From Dehalococcoidia bacterium UBA1152 (lineage in GTDB: Bacteria; Chloroflexota; Dehalococcoidia; Lucifugimonadales; UBA2962): a stretch of DNA of 53,214 nt. Each line of letters starts with the position of its first letter. The stretch's first letter is position 1. Positions 9,924 through 19,288 of this stretch are shown in pieces. The position numbers and the translations under genes were made by a program. A model generated the notes under the pieces. That model did not search any database. It worked only from the letters and a program-made list of their open reading frames with translations, and was not told the DNA's origin. The stretch covers positions 41,535 to 94,748 of the forward strand of contig DBZU01000072.1 of the NCBI GenBank assembly GCA_002311285.1, read 5' to 3'.

Positions 9924-10454
9924 CTAATCCAAATCGGTTTGTTCCCAACCTCTTTTTATATCTTCTGGTTTTGTTTTCTTTAATATTTCCTCAGCTTTAG
10001 AAATTTTTTCTTGTGATGTAGTTACGGTCAAACCAATATATCCCTCAGTAACTCTAGTATCATAAGCTCCCATAAAAACTCTTGGGAGGCGAGATTCTAT
10101 TATCACGCCAATCACTGTAAAAATAATTGCTCCCAACATCGTCCCTTCATACATAATTATTGCCATCGGCGGGACTGCAAGTATAGGTTTCCCCCCTGTA
10201 ACCAATGGATACGCAAGTTGAGTCCCTGCAGTTAGAATCAACCCAATTATGAAACCACACACAGCCCCAACCAGCGGATATCTAAACAATCCATGATGAG
10301 GCTTTTCTTCTCCGAATGTCCCTTCAGGATATGGGGTTCCAGTTAAGATTTCATATTCATCTCTCTCAAAACCTCCAGCCCGAACTGCATCAAGCGCATC
10401 GGCGGCTGAATCAACATCTTTGAAAAGAGCTATAACACTACGGTTCGATATCAT
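9924..10454 (-). CDS. actD: Alternative Complex III subunit ActD-like (DUF3341) membrane protein
   Basis: 176 aa. N-terminal soluble domain (VIALFKDVDSAADALDAV ... TGTPYPEG) followed by two TM helices. A strong GGGGGAA RBS lies upstream. Confidence 0.8.
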   Translation of the reverse strand: MISNRSVIALFKDVDSAADALDAVRAGGFERDEYEILTGTPYPEGTFGEEKPHHGLFRYPLVGAVCGFIIGLILTAGTQLAYPLVTGGKPILAVPPMAIIMYEGTMLGAIIFTVIGVIIESRLPRVFMGAYDTRVTEGYIGLTVTTSQEKISKAEEILKKTKPEDIKRGWEQTDLD

Positions 10455-10571
10455 ACCATTCCCCCTGACTTATTCATCTTTAGCATTAACAAGCGCCATG
10501 CCTTCGACAACACCAATAACTTACTTCTGTAATTAACATCTTATTTTTAAACAACTTGAATTTAAATTAAC

Positions 10572-11942
10572 TTATTCCCTAATTGAAGCAGGTACACTCC
10601 TACGACCAATTTGTATCTCATCTCTCAGTCGAACTCCTTCTTTCATATCGAAAATTGGAATCAATGGGAAGATTTTCGCAAACAACAATATACCCATAGA
10701 AACGAATGCAAAAGTTGACGCAACCAGTAGGATTTCCACAATACTTGGAGCGTAACTCCCCCAATCAAATTCCAGCGGCTGTCGACGCGCTAAACCAGGG
10801 ACAATTATCAGGAATCTTTCCAACCACATACCTATATTGACTAAAAATGTAGTTATAAACATTCCCATATGGCTTCTTCTAACTCTCTTAAAGAGCCATG
10901 CCGGAACTGGTATAAAGAATGCGGTGATCAGGAATACCAAGAAAAGCGGCCCCATAGGAGTTCTAAATACCTGCCATTCTCTTAACGCAATTTCAGCTGA
11001 CTCTAAAGTGTATAAAGCAAATATCCATTCCAAAGCAAAAAAGAAAAACCATGTAGTGGCAACAATAATTAATAATCTACCAATTGCATCGAAATGATCT
11101 TTCGTAATATATTTGTCCCATTTCCATAGCCACACCATCAGTACCATCACCATTGCAACGGCTGAAACCCCTGAGTGTATCGCTCCTATAATGAAATATG
11201 GGGCAAAAATGGTTGAATGCCAGCCTTCAACCCCAATAGAAACTGCAAAGTCCCATGAAACTATACTATGAACCGATACGAATACTGGTAAAACTAAAGC
11301 TGAAAGCAATATCCCTGCAACCCCTTGTAATTTCCATTGCTTAGGTGTACCACGAAAACCAAGACATAAAACTGCATACATTTTCCTCCTAAACCCACTA
11401 GCCCTGTCACGAGCGGCCGCCATATCTGGTATTAGTGCTACAAAAACAAATAAGGAGCTTCCTATAAGATAAGTTCCTACTGCGGCTGGGTCCCAAACAA
11501 AAGGAGATCGTATATTGGGCCAAATACCTCTTTCAAAGTCATAAGGTGTGATCCAATATAAACGCCAAGGTCGACCAACATGAAAAAGTATATTAGTCAA
11601 TGCTGCAATTAATGAAAATAAAGTCAAAACTTCTGCTGCCCGTGTAACGGGTCTTCTCCACTCAGCTTGGGTTAATCTGAGAATAGCGGAAACCATAATT
11701 CCGGCGTGACTTATTCCAATCCAAAAAACAAAATTAGTAATGAAAAAGCCCCAATAGACAGGTCGATTCACCCCCAGAACCCCTATTCCCTGATTCAATT
11801 CCCAACCATACGCTCCCATTCCCGTAATCCAAATCAAAAAGAGCATGCCGAAAGCACTCCACCACCATTTGGGCGTGCCCAATACATCCCGTAGCAGGTT
11901 ACTATTTAATTCTTTATCAGATGAATGTGAATAATCTTGCAT
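10572..11942 (-). CDS. NrfD/PsrC-like polytopic membrane subunit of ACIII (ActC/ActF family, copy 2)
   Basis: 456 aa with about 10 TM helices. Has the NrfD-type signature region VYWGFFITNFVFWIGISHAGIMVSA. Assignment as ActC or ActF is unresolved. Confidence 0.82.
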   Translation of the reverse strand: MQDYSHSSDKELNSNLLRDVLGTPKWWWSAFGMLFLIWITGMGAYGWELNQGIGVLGVNRPVYWGFFITNFVFWIGISHAGIMVSAILRLTQAEWRRPVTRAAEVLTLFSLIAALTNILFHVGRPWRLYWITPYDFERGIWPNIRSPFVWDPAAVGTYLIGSSLFVFVALIPDMAAARDRASGFRRKMYAVLCLGFRGTPKQWKLQGVAGILLSALVLPVFVSVHSIVSWDFAVSIGVEGWHSTIFAPYFIIGAIHSGVSAVAMVMVLMVWLWKWDKYITKDHFDAIGRLLIIVATTWFFFFALEWIFALYTLESAEIALREWQVFRTPMGPLFLVFLITAFFIPVPAWLFKRVRRSHMGMFITTFLVNIGMWLERFLIIVPGLARRQPLEFDWGSYAPSIVEILLVASTFAFVSMGILLFAKIFPLIPIFDMKEGVRLRDEIQIGRRSVPASIRE

Positions 11943-11947
11943 TTAAC

Positions 11948-13357
11948 TTAATCCGGTTTACCAAGCACCATTACTGTAGCTCTATGGTATTTTTTATGAA
12001 GTTTGTACAGTAAAAGTTCCTTTTGCTCCCATATATTAATAATTGGCACGACTCGCGTCAGTAATACATACAGCAATATGGAAGCAGTTATGGCTCCGAT
12101 CACTATAAACACATCCGCCACATCAGGGTAAACAGTTGGTGGAATAACGTCTATTCCATGAAACGATGAACTTTGGTCGCTAACAGAGTATGCTGCAACA
12201 TACACTCTAATTCTGTCCAAAAAAATGCCTATTAGCACGGATATTGCTATCAATGTTGGTCCCCAAATACTTCGGCGTAAAAAGTTCCAAATCATCGTAA
12301 ATAAAGGAACTACAAAAACTAGAATGAAAGTGGCATAGAATATTGGCATATACGGGCCGTGTATAAAAAGCTCCATCACTTGTTGTTCATTAGGTTTCTT
12401 ACCGTACCAATAAATATTAAAACTAGAGAACCAGAACCAGAACCAAAGTAATGAAAGGGCAAACATTAATTTACCTAAGCTCCAAAATTGGACTTTCCCG
12501 ATTTCTTTATACCCACAAAAGGTCCTAAGAACAAACATTGTTAATATCATCGTTGCCGTTGCAGCTTGCAGGGAATTTGCTGCATGAGTTGCAGGATAAA
12601 GTGCATCGATCCATCCCGGTACTAAGGTCATCAAGAAATCTACTGAAAACAGAAAATGGACTGTGATCAACATTAGAAAATATAAAGCTCCTATAATGCC
12701 TAATCTGTGTTTCTGCCATATCCAGTCCTGTGTCGTGCCAGTCCAGTTTCGTGCTAGCCAACTATATCTTTTCTTTAACACGCTTCCGTCTTCAGCACGG
12801 TCTCTTAGAATGGCTAAATCTGGCATAGCAGAAACCCACAACAATATAAATCCTAATACAACCAGACCTAAAATAGAGAGGGTAGTCCACAGATGCGGAG
12901 AATATGCAAATACTTCTCCGGGATGATAGAACCATAAAGAACGCCTACCATCCTCCAGGCTAGGTAAAACCCATAACATAGGTATAAATAATAAAAGTGT
13001 CACAAGGCCTGCCACCGACCACATTTCCGCAGGCCTGGATATTATTCTGCGCCAGTGACCTTTTGCTATCCGAGGCGCAATCGCGACCATAGGTGCAGAC
13101 GAAGCAGTAGTAAGTAAAAATGCTATCACCGCCGCTGTATATCCCCATTGTGCTGTGTCTGATACTCCATCAACTAGACGGAGTATTAGCCCTATGATCC
13201 CTAAGATAACGCCGATTCCCAGCGATCCAATAACAACTTTAAATAATCGATGTTTAGTCTGATGTCTAGCAATCAAATCATCGGTTATTGCACTTGAACT
13301 AGTCCAATTAGGGTTATCGGCATAAAAGCCTAAGGGTTGTTGTTTCGTGTCGCTCAT
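11948..13357 (-). CDS. NrfD-like polytopic membrane subunit of ACIII (ActC/ActF family, copy 1)
   Basis: About 469 aa, polytopic, with the WGYTAAVIAFLLTTASSAPMV NrfD-like region. The ORF track starts at a TTG at 13381, which overlaps actB2. The ATG at 13357 (MSDTKQQ) avoids that overlap. Confidence 0.78.
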   Translation of the reverse strand: MSDTKQQPLGFYADNPNWTSSSAITDDLIARHQTKHRLFKVVIGSLGIGVILGIIGLILRLVDGVSDTAQWGYTAAVIAFLLTTASSAPMVAIAPRIAKGHWRRIISRPAEMWSVAGLVTLLLFIPMLWVLPSLEDGRRSLWFYHPGEVFAYSPHLWTTLSILGLVVLGFILLWVSAMPDLAILRDRAEDGSVLKKRYSWLARNWTGTTQDWIWQKHRLGIIGALYFLMLITVHFLFSVDFLMTLVPGWIDALYPATHAANSLQAATATMILTMFVLRTFCGYKEIGKVQFWSLGKLMFALSLLWFWFWFSSFNIYWYGKKPNEQQVMELFIHGPYMPIFYATFILVFVVPLFTMIWNFLRRSIWGPTLIAISVLIGIFLDRIRVYVAAYSVSDQSSSFHGIDVIPPTVYPDVADVFIVIGAITASILLYVLLTRVVPIINIWEQKELLLYKLHKKYHRATVMVLGKPD

Positions 13358-13364
13358 TTTAAAA

Positions 13365-14108
13365 CTAGTGTCGTTCCTCAATCAAAGCCGCATTTTCATC
13401 CACTTTCTTTAGATATATTACGCTTGGATTAGTTCCAAGTTCACCGAGAAGATGGTAACCGCGACCGTTATGACCTTGGAGTTCAGATTCTGCTAATCGC
13501 GAAACCCGGCTATCAGGATCATTTAAATCCCCAAAAACTAGAGTATCTGTGGGGCACGCATTTACACAGGCTGGATTTAAAGCTCTATCTCCATCTTTAA
13601 TATCATTACCATGCTTTTGAGAATCTCTAGACGTTCGTCTAATCCTCTGCACACAAAATGTGCACTTTTCCATAATTCCCCTACTACGAACAGTCACATC
13701 AGGATTGAGTTGATTTTCGAGAGAATCAGGCCACTCTGGATCCCAAAAGTTAAAGAATCTTACTTGGTATGGACAGTTATTAGCGCAGAATCTTGTTCCT
13801 ACGCAACGATTATAGACCTGCACATTTAGTCCTTCAGTATTGTGATATGTTGCATAAACTGGACATACAGGTTCACAGGGAGCATCATCACATTGTTGGC
13901 ACAACACTGGTATAAATCTAGCTTTTATATTAGGAAATTCGCCTTCCCAATATCGTTCTATCCTAATCCATTGAATCGCTCTTCGCTGATTGAACAAAGC
14001 CTCATCATTAATTGGAATATTATTTTCAGATTGGCATGCAACTACGCAGGCTTGACAACCTGTGCACTTATCAAGGTCGATTACCATACCCCATTTTTTT
14101 TGAGCCAT
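13365..14108 (-). CDS. ACIII iron-sulfur subunit (ActB2-like; 4Fe-4S dicluster protein of the DmsB/PsrB type)
   Basis: 247 aa. Cys clusters are CTGCQACVVAC, CQQCDDAPCEPVC, CVGTRFCANNCPY, CTFCVQR and CVNACP. Confidence 0.88.
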   Translation of the reverse strand: MAQKKWGMVIDLDKCTGCQACVVACQSENNIPINDEALFNQRRAIQWIRIERYWEGEFPNIKARFIPVLCQQCDDAPCEPVCPVYATYHNTEGLNVQVYNRCVGTRFCANNCPYQVRFFNFWDPEWPDSLENQLNPDVTVRSRGIMEKCTFCVQRIRRTSRDSQKHGNDIKDGDRALNPACVNACPTDTLVFGDLNDPDSRVSRLAESELQGHNGRGYHLLGELGTNPSVIYLKKVDENAALIEERH

Positions 14109-14165
14109 ACCAATATTCCTTTACTTTTACTTTATAACTATTCTTTTAACAATATGTCGCTAGAT

Positions 14166-16463
14166 TTATTCATTTACTGGAGCAATTTTAATTACCCTGT
14201 GTTCGCTGTCTCTAGCAAGATCTGGATTGGAGTTCTCAAATTTAGGCAACGGTTTCCAGTCATCTAATTTTTCAAGTTTTACCTTTGTAGCTCCCCAAGC
14301 TAAAGATCCGGTATCAATATCGAGTTTTACTGCCAAAATCGACAGGGCATTGCTACCTCTATCTTTGGCATATCTACCGCCTTCAGTATGTCCTTGGCCT
14401 AATGGTATCGAAACAACTTCTGGAGGTATCGCTGGATGCGGATAAGCTATAACAGTTATACCTTCTAACATACTACTGCTATTACCGTGGGCAGATACCA
14501 CTCGAATCAAATCTCCTTCTTTAATCCCCAATTCTTGTGCCGTTTTATTATTTATCTCAACCCAAGTTTGCCACGTTGCTGAAGTAATGGGATCAGGCAT
14601 GGATTGCATCCAAGGCAAATGAGCGTTCTGGCCTTCCCCGAGAGAGGATGAGGAAAACGGAATCAAGTTGAATGTATCATCCCCAGACGGGCCGTCAAAT
14701 TCTGGATCCGGAATTTCATCTGGGAGTTTTTTTACTGATGGTGTAGATGCAGGCACAATTGAAGAGGTGTCCCACCAGCCTCCTCGCTGCAATACTCCAT
14801 TCCAAAATGCCCTGAAATCTCTAGCCTTTACAGACCCTCTGTTCAAATCAAATATTTGCTTAGCTCCATTCTCAACTATGTCTTTAAACGTTGACCCCTC
14901 TAAGCCTAAATCTATTTCCAATTTGTCTGCAATTCGCATGAGTGCATCAGGCATGCTCTTTGTACCAAGCTCTCCTCCACGATCTTCAAAAAACGGTCGT
15001 ACTACAGGTTGTTGAAAACCAACTACTTGATACCCAGGACCTGCTATAGGCACATCAGTTCCCCAATCTTCTAATACTGTGTTGGACGGTAATATGAGAT
15101 CCGCTATCGAGGCTGTGTCGTTAATTGTGTTAGCAAATGAGAATATAAGAGGTACTTTATAAGACGCGTCCTTAAACCCAATAGCGTCTGGCAACCCATA
15201 TGCTATGTCGGAGTCATCGATCATTAATGCCTGAACTTTGCCATCATTCATATCCCTTACTACATCACGCCAATCAGACATTGAGCCAATTTTTAAGTTA
15301 TCTTCAACTTCGATAAGATCTGGAGTTGGAGGTGCAGGATTGAAAATCAATCCTCCCGGCTTATTTAACGAACCAACCAAATAATTAAGCGAATAGATTG
15401 CAGTAAGATTGAGATTACCGTTTGTATGTGCCCCAGCCAGCCCTCCACCAAAAGCAACAGGGTGTTCTTTTGATGCAAATTCTCGTGCTATATGAGTAAT
15501 ATTCTCACTATTTACTCCAACATTTTCGGCCACCTGGTCAGGCGCCCATTTATTTATATCCACTTGTCCGCCACCCGTAAGGTTTGAGGCTGCTGTCGAG
15601 TCTCCCAAACCTTCATTAATAATTACTTGGGCTATGCTTAAAGCCAGTAATCCTTCTCTTCCGGGTTTTACATAAATCAATTCATCCGCATTTGCCCCAG
15701 TCATTGAAAAACGAGAATCCACATGGACAAGTTTTCCTCGACGGTGACCGCCTTGTCGAAATTCCCCGTATCCTCGCATGTATCTGACTGGGGAAATCCA
15801 GGTATTTAAAAAGTCTGCTCCGAAAGACAAAACATAATCACTGTTATCGATATCGATGTCAGGCAACCTGTCCTGATCAAAAAGAGTTTTATGAACTGAC
15901 CTGAGATTTGTATTCTCTAGGATCTCATATGAAATTTTCGTTCCTCTATAGGCAGAAATAAACCTATCTGCAACTAGACTCGAATGGGAAATTGCGGGCT
16001 TTGTGACCATCACAACTCCACGGTTTTGTCGAGCAGCTTTAATCTGATCTAATTGGTTTGCAACTCGAGATATCGCATCACTCCAGCCAATCTCTTCCCA
16101 ATTTCCTTCCCCTCTTTCTCCAACTCGAGCCATTGGCCCCCGTATACGATCAGGATTATATAGATCTTGTAACATGGATTCACTACGAGCGCTATGTTTT
16201 CCACGATTTACTGGATAATCAATATTACCTTCTATCTTTTTTGCCCTGCCTTCCATCACCCTCACAACCACTCCCTCACTTGTCGAATACGAATTTCCAA
16301 GAGTTGCATACCAATTATCTAAACCAGTTACAACATCCTCAGGCATTCCCACCTTTGACTGCATAAACAGTTCATCTTCAGGCACTCCACAAGCTGCTGC
16401 CAGCACTGCTCCAAGAGCACCTCCTCCCACTCCAGTGATAAATTGTCGTCTAGTTAATTTCAT
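14166..16463 (-). CDS. ACIII molybdopterin-oxidoreductase-like subunit (ActB1-like) with twin-arginine signal
   Basis: 765 aa. Has the Tat motif MKLTRRQFITGVGGGALGAV and sequence of the molybdopterin oxidoreductase superfamily. It is followed by the Fe-S subunit as a separate gene. Confidence 0.85.
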   Translation of the reverse strand: MKLTRRQFITGVGGGALGAVLAAACGVPEDELFMQSKVGMPEDVVTGLDNWYATLGNSYSTSEGVVVRVMEGRAKKIEGNIDYPVNRGKHSARSESMLQDLYNPDRIRGPMARVGERGEGNWEEIGWSDAISRVANQLDQIKAARQNRGVVMVTKPAISHSSLVADRFISAYRGTKISYEILENTNLRSVHKTLFDQDRLPDIDIDNSDYVLSFGADFLNTWISPVRYMRGYGEFRQGGHRRGKLVHVDSRFSMTGANADELIYVKPGREGLLALSIAQVIINEGLGDSTAASNLTGGGQVDINKWAPDQVAENVGVNSENITHIAREFASKEHPVAFGGGLAGAHTNGNLNLTAIYSLNYLVGSLNKPGGLIFNPAPPTPDLIEVEDNLKIGSMSDWRDVVRDMNDGKVQALMIDDSDIAYGLPDAIGFKDASYKVPLIFSFANTINDTASIADLILPSNTVLEDWGTDVPIAGPGYQVVGFQQPVVRPFFEDRGGELGTKSMPDALMRIADKLEIDLGLEGSTFKDIVENGAKQIFDLNRGSVKARDFRAFWNGVLQRGGWWDTSSIVPASTPSVKKLPDEIPDPEFDGPSGDDTFNLIPFSSSSLGEGQNAHLPWMQSMPDPITSATWQTWVEINNKTAQELGIKEGDLIRVVSAHGNSSSMLEGITVIAYPHPAIPPEVVSIPLGQGHTEGGRYAKDRGSNALSILAVKLDIDTGSLAWGATKVKLEKLDDWKPLPKFENSNPDLARDSEHRVIKIAPVNE

Positions 16464-16509
16464 TAAATTTTTATATCTTCCTCAAGGTTTCCTTAAATTA
16501 ATATCCAAT

Positions 16510-17127
16510 CTAATAATGGCACGTAGAACAATCTGTAGGAGCACTATTGTCTCTGTGACAATCTACACAATTTCCCATTTTTAAAGGTTTAACTTGTCTT
16601 ACTTTTTTCATATTACCTACATCGCCATGGCATGTTGCACAAACTGCCGAAGGTAAGATGTTGTCACGTTCTGAAAAGAATTGAATATGTGCTTGATGAT
16701 TGAACCTAACATGGTCTGGTAAACGATGGACTCTTACCCAATCTATTGGCTCACCCTGTGAATGATATTCACGTAATTTTTCCACCTCTTTCGACGCATC
16801 ACCAACGACTGTATGACAAGTCATGCAAAGACCAACCGATGGAACGGTAGCCGGTGCTCCTTTTGTCACATTTCGATGACAAAAAGTGCAATCGAGTCCA
16901 ACATCCTGAACGTGTACGGTATGTGGAAACGCTATCGGCTGGTCAGGACCCTCATCGTAACCAAACATACTTATTGGCCTTCCTAACCATGCAGATATAA
17001 CAAATAGTAAAACTACAATAACTAAAGCTAAGCCAGCTAGCCCAGAAATGCTTAGAATTCCAAACCTGACCATATCTTTACGGGAAGGTTTTGTTGGTAA
17101 GATTGAGGGAAAATCTCCTGGTAGCAC
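16510..17127 (-). CDS. actA: ACIII pentahaem cytochrome c subunit (ActA-like)
   Basis: 205 aa. One N-terminal TM helix and five CxxCH motifs (CTFCH, CMTCH, CATCH, CVDCH, CSTCH). The annotated start is a GTG. An internal ATG (MVRFGIL) is an alternative. Confidence 0.88.
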   Translation of the reverse strand: MLPGDFPSILPTKPSRKDMVRFGILSISGLAGLALVIVVLLFVISAWLGRPISMFGYDEGPDQPIAFPHTVHVQDVGLDCTFCHRNVTKGAPATVPSVGLCMTCHTVVGDASKEVEKLREYHSQGEPIDWVRVHRLPDHVRFNHQAHIQFFSERDNILPSAVCATCHGDVGNMKKVRQVKPLKMGNCVDCHRDNSAPTDCSTCHY

Positions 17128-17143
17128 TATTTAATCCCGCCGT

Positions 17144-17434
17144 TTATATCCAATAATTTGGCCAAAAATCTCGAAGTACTCCGGCATGATCCACGACGCG
17201 TGACAAAAAGTACATCGCACAACCAAAAGACGCAATCGATAAAAAGTAAAAGCCGGGACGTAATTTTCTTAGAGAAAGGTCTATGTGCCGGGAATCGGTA
17301 AGTGATGGCAGCCAGTTGTTTGCCACAAGCATATTGAAAGCAAAGCTTATGATAAAAATAACCACTATCCATAAATTTGTGAGCAGGTCTCCCAACTCAC
17401 TCCATTGAGCATTTAATAAAGGTTCGGGGTCCAC
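17144..17434 (-). CDS. Hypothetical small membrane protein (2 predicted TM helices) heading the Act operon
   Basis: 96-aa ORF with a GTG start preceded by AAAGGTAAG. Hydrophobic segments are LWIVVIFIISFAFNMLV and FYFLSIASFGCAMYFL. Its stop is 17 nt upstream of actA. A competing overlapping ORF (17127-17372) is Arg/Cys-rich and looks spurious. Confidence 0.5.
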   Translation of the reverse strand: MDPEPLLNAQWSELGDLLTNLWIVVIFIISFAFNMLVANNWLPSLTDSRHIDLSLRKLRPGFYFLSIASFGCAMYFLSRVVDHAGVLRDFWPNYWI

Positions 17435-17632
17435 TACTTACCTTTCAAAAAATCTTGCGGAATATATTTAACGGACGGGTCCAAAAGCGCAAGTATCCGT
17501 CAAAAATGGATTAGTGAAAAGTATCACGCTTTATAGATGAGTGTCAAGACGCTTTTAAGCACTACTTAATACTAAATATCACTAAATTTTTTGCAACGAA
17601 TTTTTTCGCCAAAACATCTCAAATAAGCTAGT

Positions 17633-17654
17633 TTGATTGAATTATTTCAATCAA
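17633..17654. promoter_or_regulatory. Perfect inverted repeat TTGATTGAA-ttat-TTCAATCAA in a divergent promoter region (candidate operator, function unknown)
   Basis: Read directly from the sequence: 9-bp arms with a 4-nt spacer. It lies in the 421-bp spacer between the Act operon and the aminotransferase gene. Confidence 0.3.
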
Positions 17655-17855
17655 CAACTGTATAAATATCATTCAGGCTGGCAAAGTTTAATTTGCGTCA
17701 CGAATACCCAGTATTTCCATAAGATAGTTGCATAGTTATTCATGTCTTAAAATGGTATCCTTGCCATTTGTCTAAGGAATTAGCACCTGCTTAATGATTC
17801 TAATTACAAAAATTAACTAGATTTAGAGCACCATACTAAGAGTTGAGAGGATATT

Positions 17856-19202
17856 ATGGCTATAACAAAAATTGAGCAAAGATATATTGACTTACACCCT
17901 GAATCACTAGCTCGTTACCAAGTTTCTAAAAACCTTTTTCCAAATGGCGTAACTCACGACGCCAGACGCCTTGCGCCATTCCCGATTTATGTAACTCATG
18001 CAAAGGGATCGCATAAATGGGATGTCGAAGGTAATCGAATAATAGATTATAAAACTGGCCACGGCGCCATGATATTGGGTCATTCACACCCGGATATTGT
18101 TCAGTCAGTGCAGGAAGCTATGGCTGAAGGAACACAGATGGGTTGTTCAACCGATAAAGAAATTAAATGGGGTAAGTTAGTCACAGAACTTGTGCCATGT
18201 GCAGAAAAAATTCGCTTCCAAAGCTCAGGCACTGAAGCAGTTATGATGGCTATAAGATTGGCCCGCGCATATACGTCTAAAACAAAGATTATTAAATTTG
18301 ACGATCATTTCCATGGGTGGAGTGATTATGCCACTGCTGGAGGATCAGGTTTAGGGGGAATCCCGCAAGAAACTTTAGACACAATGATTGTTTTGCCTCC
18401 AAACGACATCGATTTAGTTGAGAAGACTATAAAGAAAAGTGGCGATGTGGCTGCTGTTATGATTGAACCAACTGGTTCACATATGGGTCTGCATCCGATT
18501 CCACCAAGCTTTCTACATGAACTGAGAGAACTGACGGAAAGGACTGGAACAATTTTTCATATGGATGAAGTCGTGACCGGTTTCCGACTTTCAAAAGGAG
18601 GTGCTTCCGTAAAATTTGAAGTAACCCCTGATGTAACCACATTAGCAAAAATTCTAGGGGGAGGAATGCCGGGAGGAGCAGTAGCTGGAAAATCAGATAT
18701 TATAAATTTAATCGAATTCCAAGATGATGCATCATACAATCAAAATGAAAGAGTTGGGCATCCAGGCACTTTTAACGCAAATCCAATATCTGCTGCTGCC
18801 GGAGCAAAAGCTTTGGAACTTGTAAGAGACACAGATGTTAATGAAAAAGCAGATGCCGCTGCTGCTAAATTGAAAAACGCTCTGAATGAATTGCTTGGAA
18901 AAATGGAAATTGCGGGCCAAGTTACGGGGCATGGATCTCTATTATTTGTCAGACTCGGAGTTGATTTTGAAGTCGGCAGTGACGGCGCTTCATTTGAACT
19001 CACTGATTCGGAATGGGAAACAGTAAACAATGGTCAACGAAATTCTCAGATACACTTGGCATTATTAAATGAAGGTATAGATCCAATGAGCAACGGCACA
19101 AGACTGATCATTGGACAAGATCATTCAGATCAGGACATTCAAGACACAGTTTCAGCTTATGAAAAAGCTTTATCGGCTGTTCGCGACTCAGGCCTAATGT
19201 AA
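17856..19202 (+). CDS. Class III PLP-dependent aminotransferase (glutamate-1-semialdehyde aminomutase-like)
   Basis: 448 aa. Has GHGAMILGHSHPDIV, MDEVVTGFR and AKILGGGMPGG motifs. A GAGAGGA RBS lies upstream. Confidence 0.85.
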   Translation: MAITKIEQRYIDLHPESLARYQVSKNLFPNGVTHDARRLAPFPIYVTHAKGSHKWDVEGNRIIDYKTGHGAMILGHSHPDIVQSVQEAMAEGTQMGCSTDKEIKWGKLVTELVPCAEKIRFQSSGTEAVMMAIRLARAYTSKTKIIKFDDHFHGWSDYATAGGSGLGGIPQETLDTMIVLPPNDIDLVEKTIKKSGDVAAVMIEPTGSHMGLHPIPPSFLHELRELTERTGTIFHMDEVVTGFRLSKGGASVKFEVTPDVTTLAKILGGGMPGGAVAGKSDIINLIEFQDDASYNQNERVGHPGTFNANPISAAAGAKALELVRDTDVNEKADAAAAKLKNALNELLGKMEIAGQVTGHGSLLFVRLGVDFEVGSDGASFELTDSEWETVNNGQRNSQIHLALLNEGIDPMSNGTRLIIGQDHSDQDIQDTVSAYEKALSAVRDSGLM

Positions 19203-19288
19203 GTTTCATTAAATTAAGACTAGTTTGGTTTAAAGAACCTGCTCGATTAAAGCTCAAGCGGGTTTCTCTAAACAGTTATCACATGTAA

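Noticed and set aside
10455-10571. Possible missing small subunit gene (ActG-like) in the 117-nt gap inside the Act operon
   Set aside because: Only 9- and 17-codon minus-strand ORFs are present (MALVNAKDE and MLITEVSYWCCRRHGAC). Neither has an RBS or a hydrophobic helix. I treated the gap as non-coding.
17127-17372. 81-aa ORF overlapping the 96-aa membrane ORF in another frame
   Set aside because: It is Arg/Cys-rich with no hydrophobic pattern. The 17144-17434 frame gives a coherent two-helix membrane protein, so I kept that one, with moderate confidence only.
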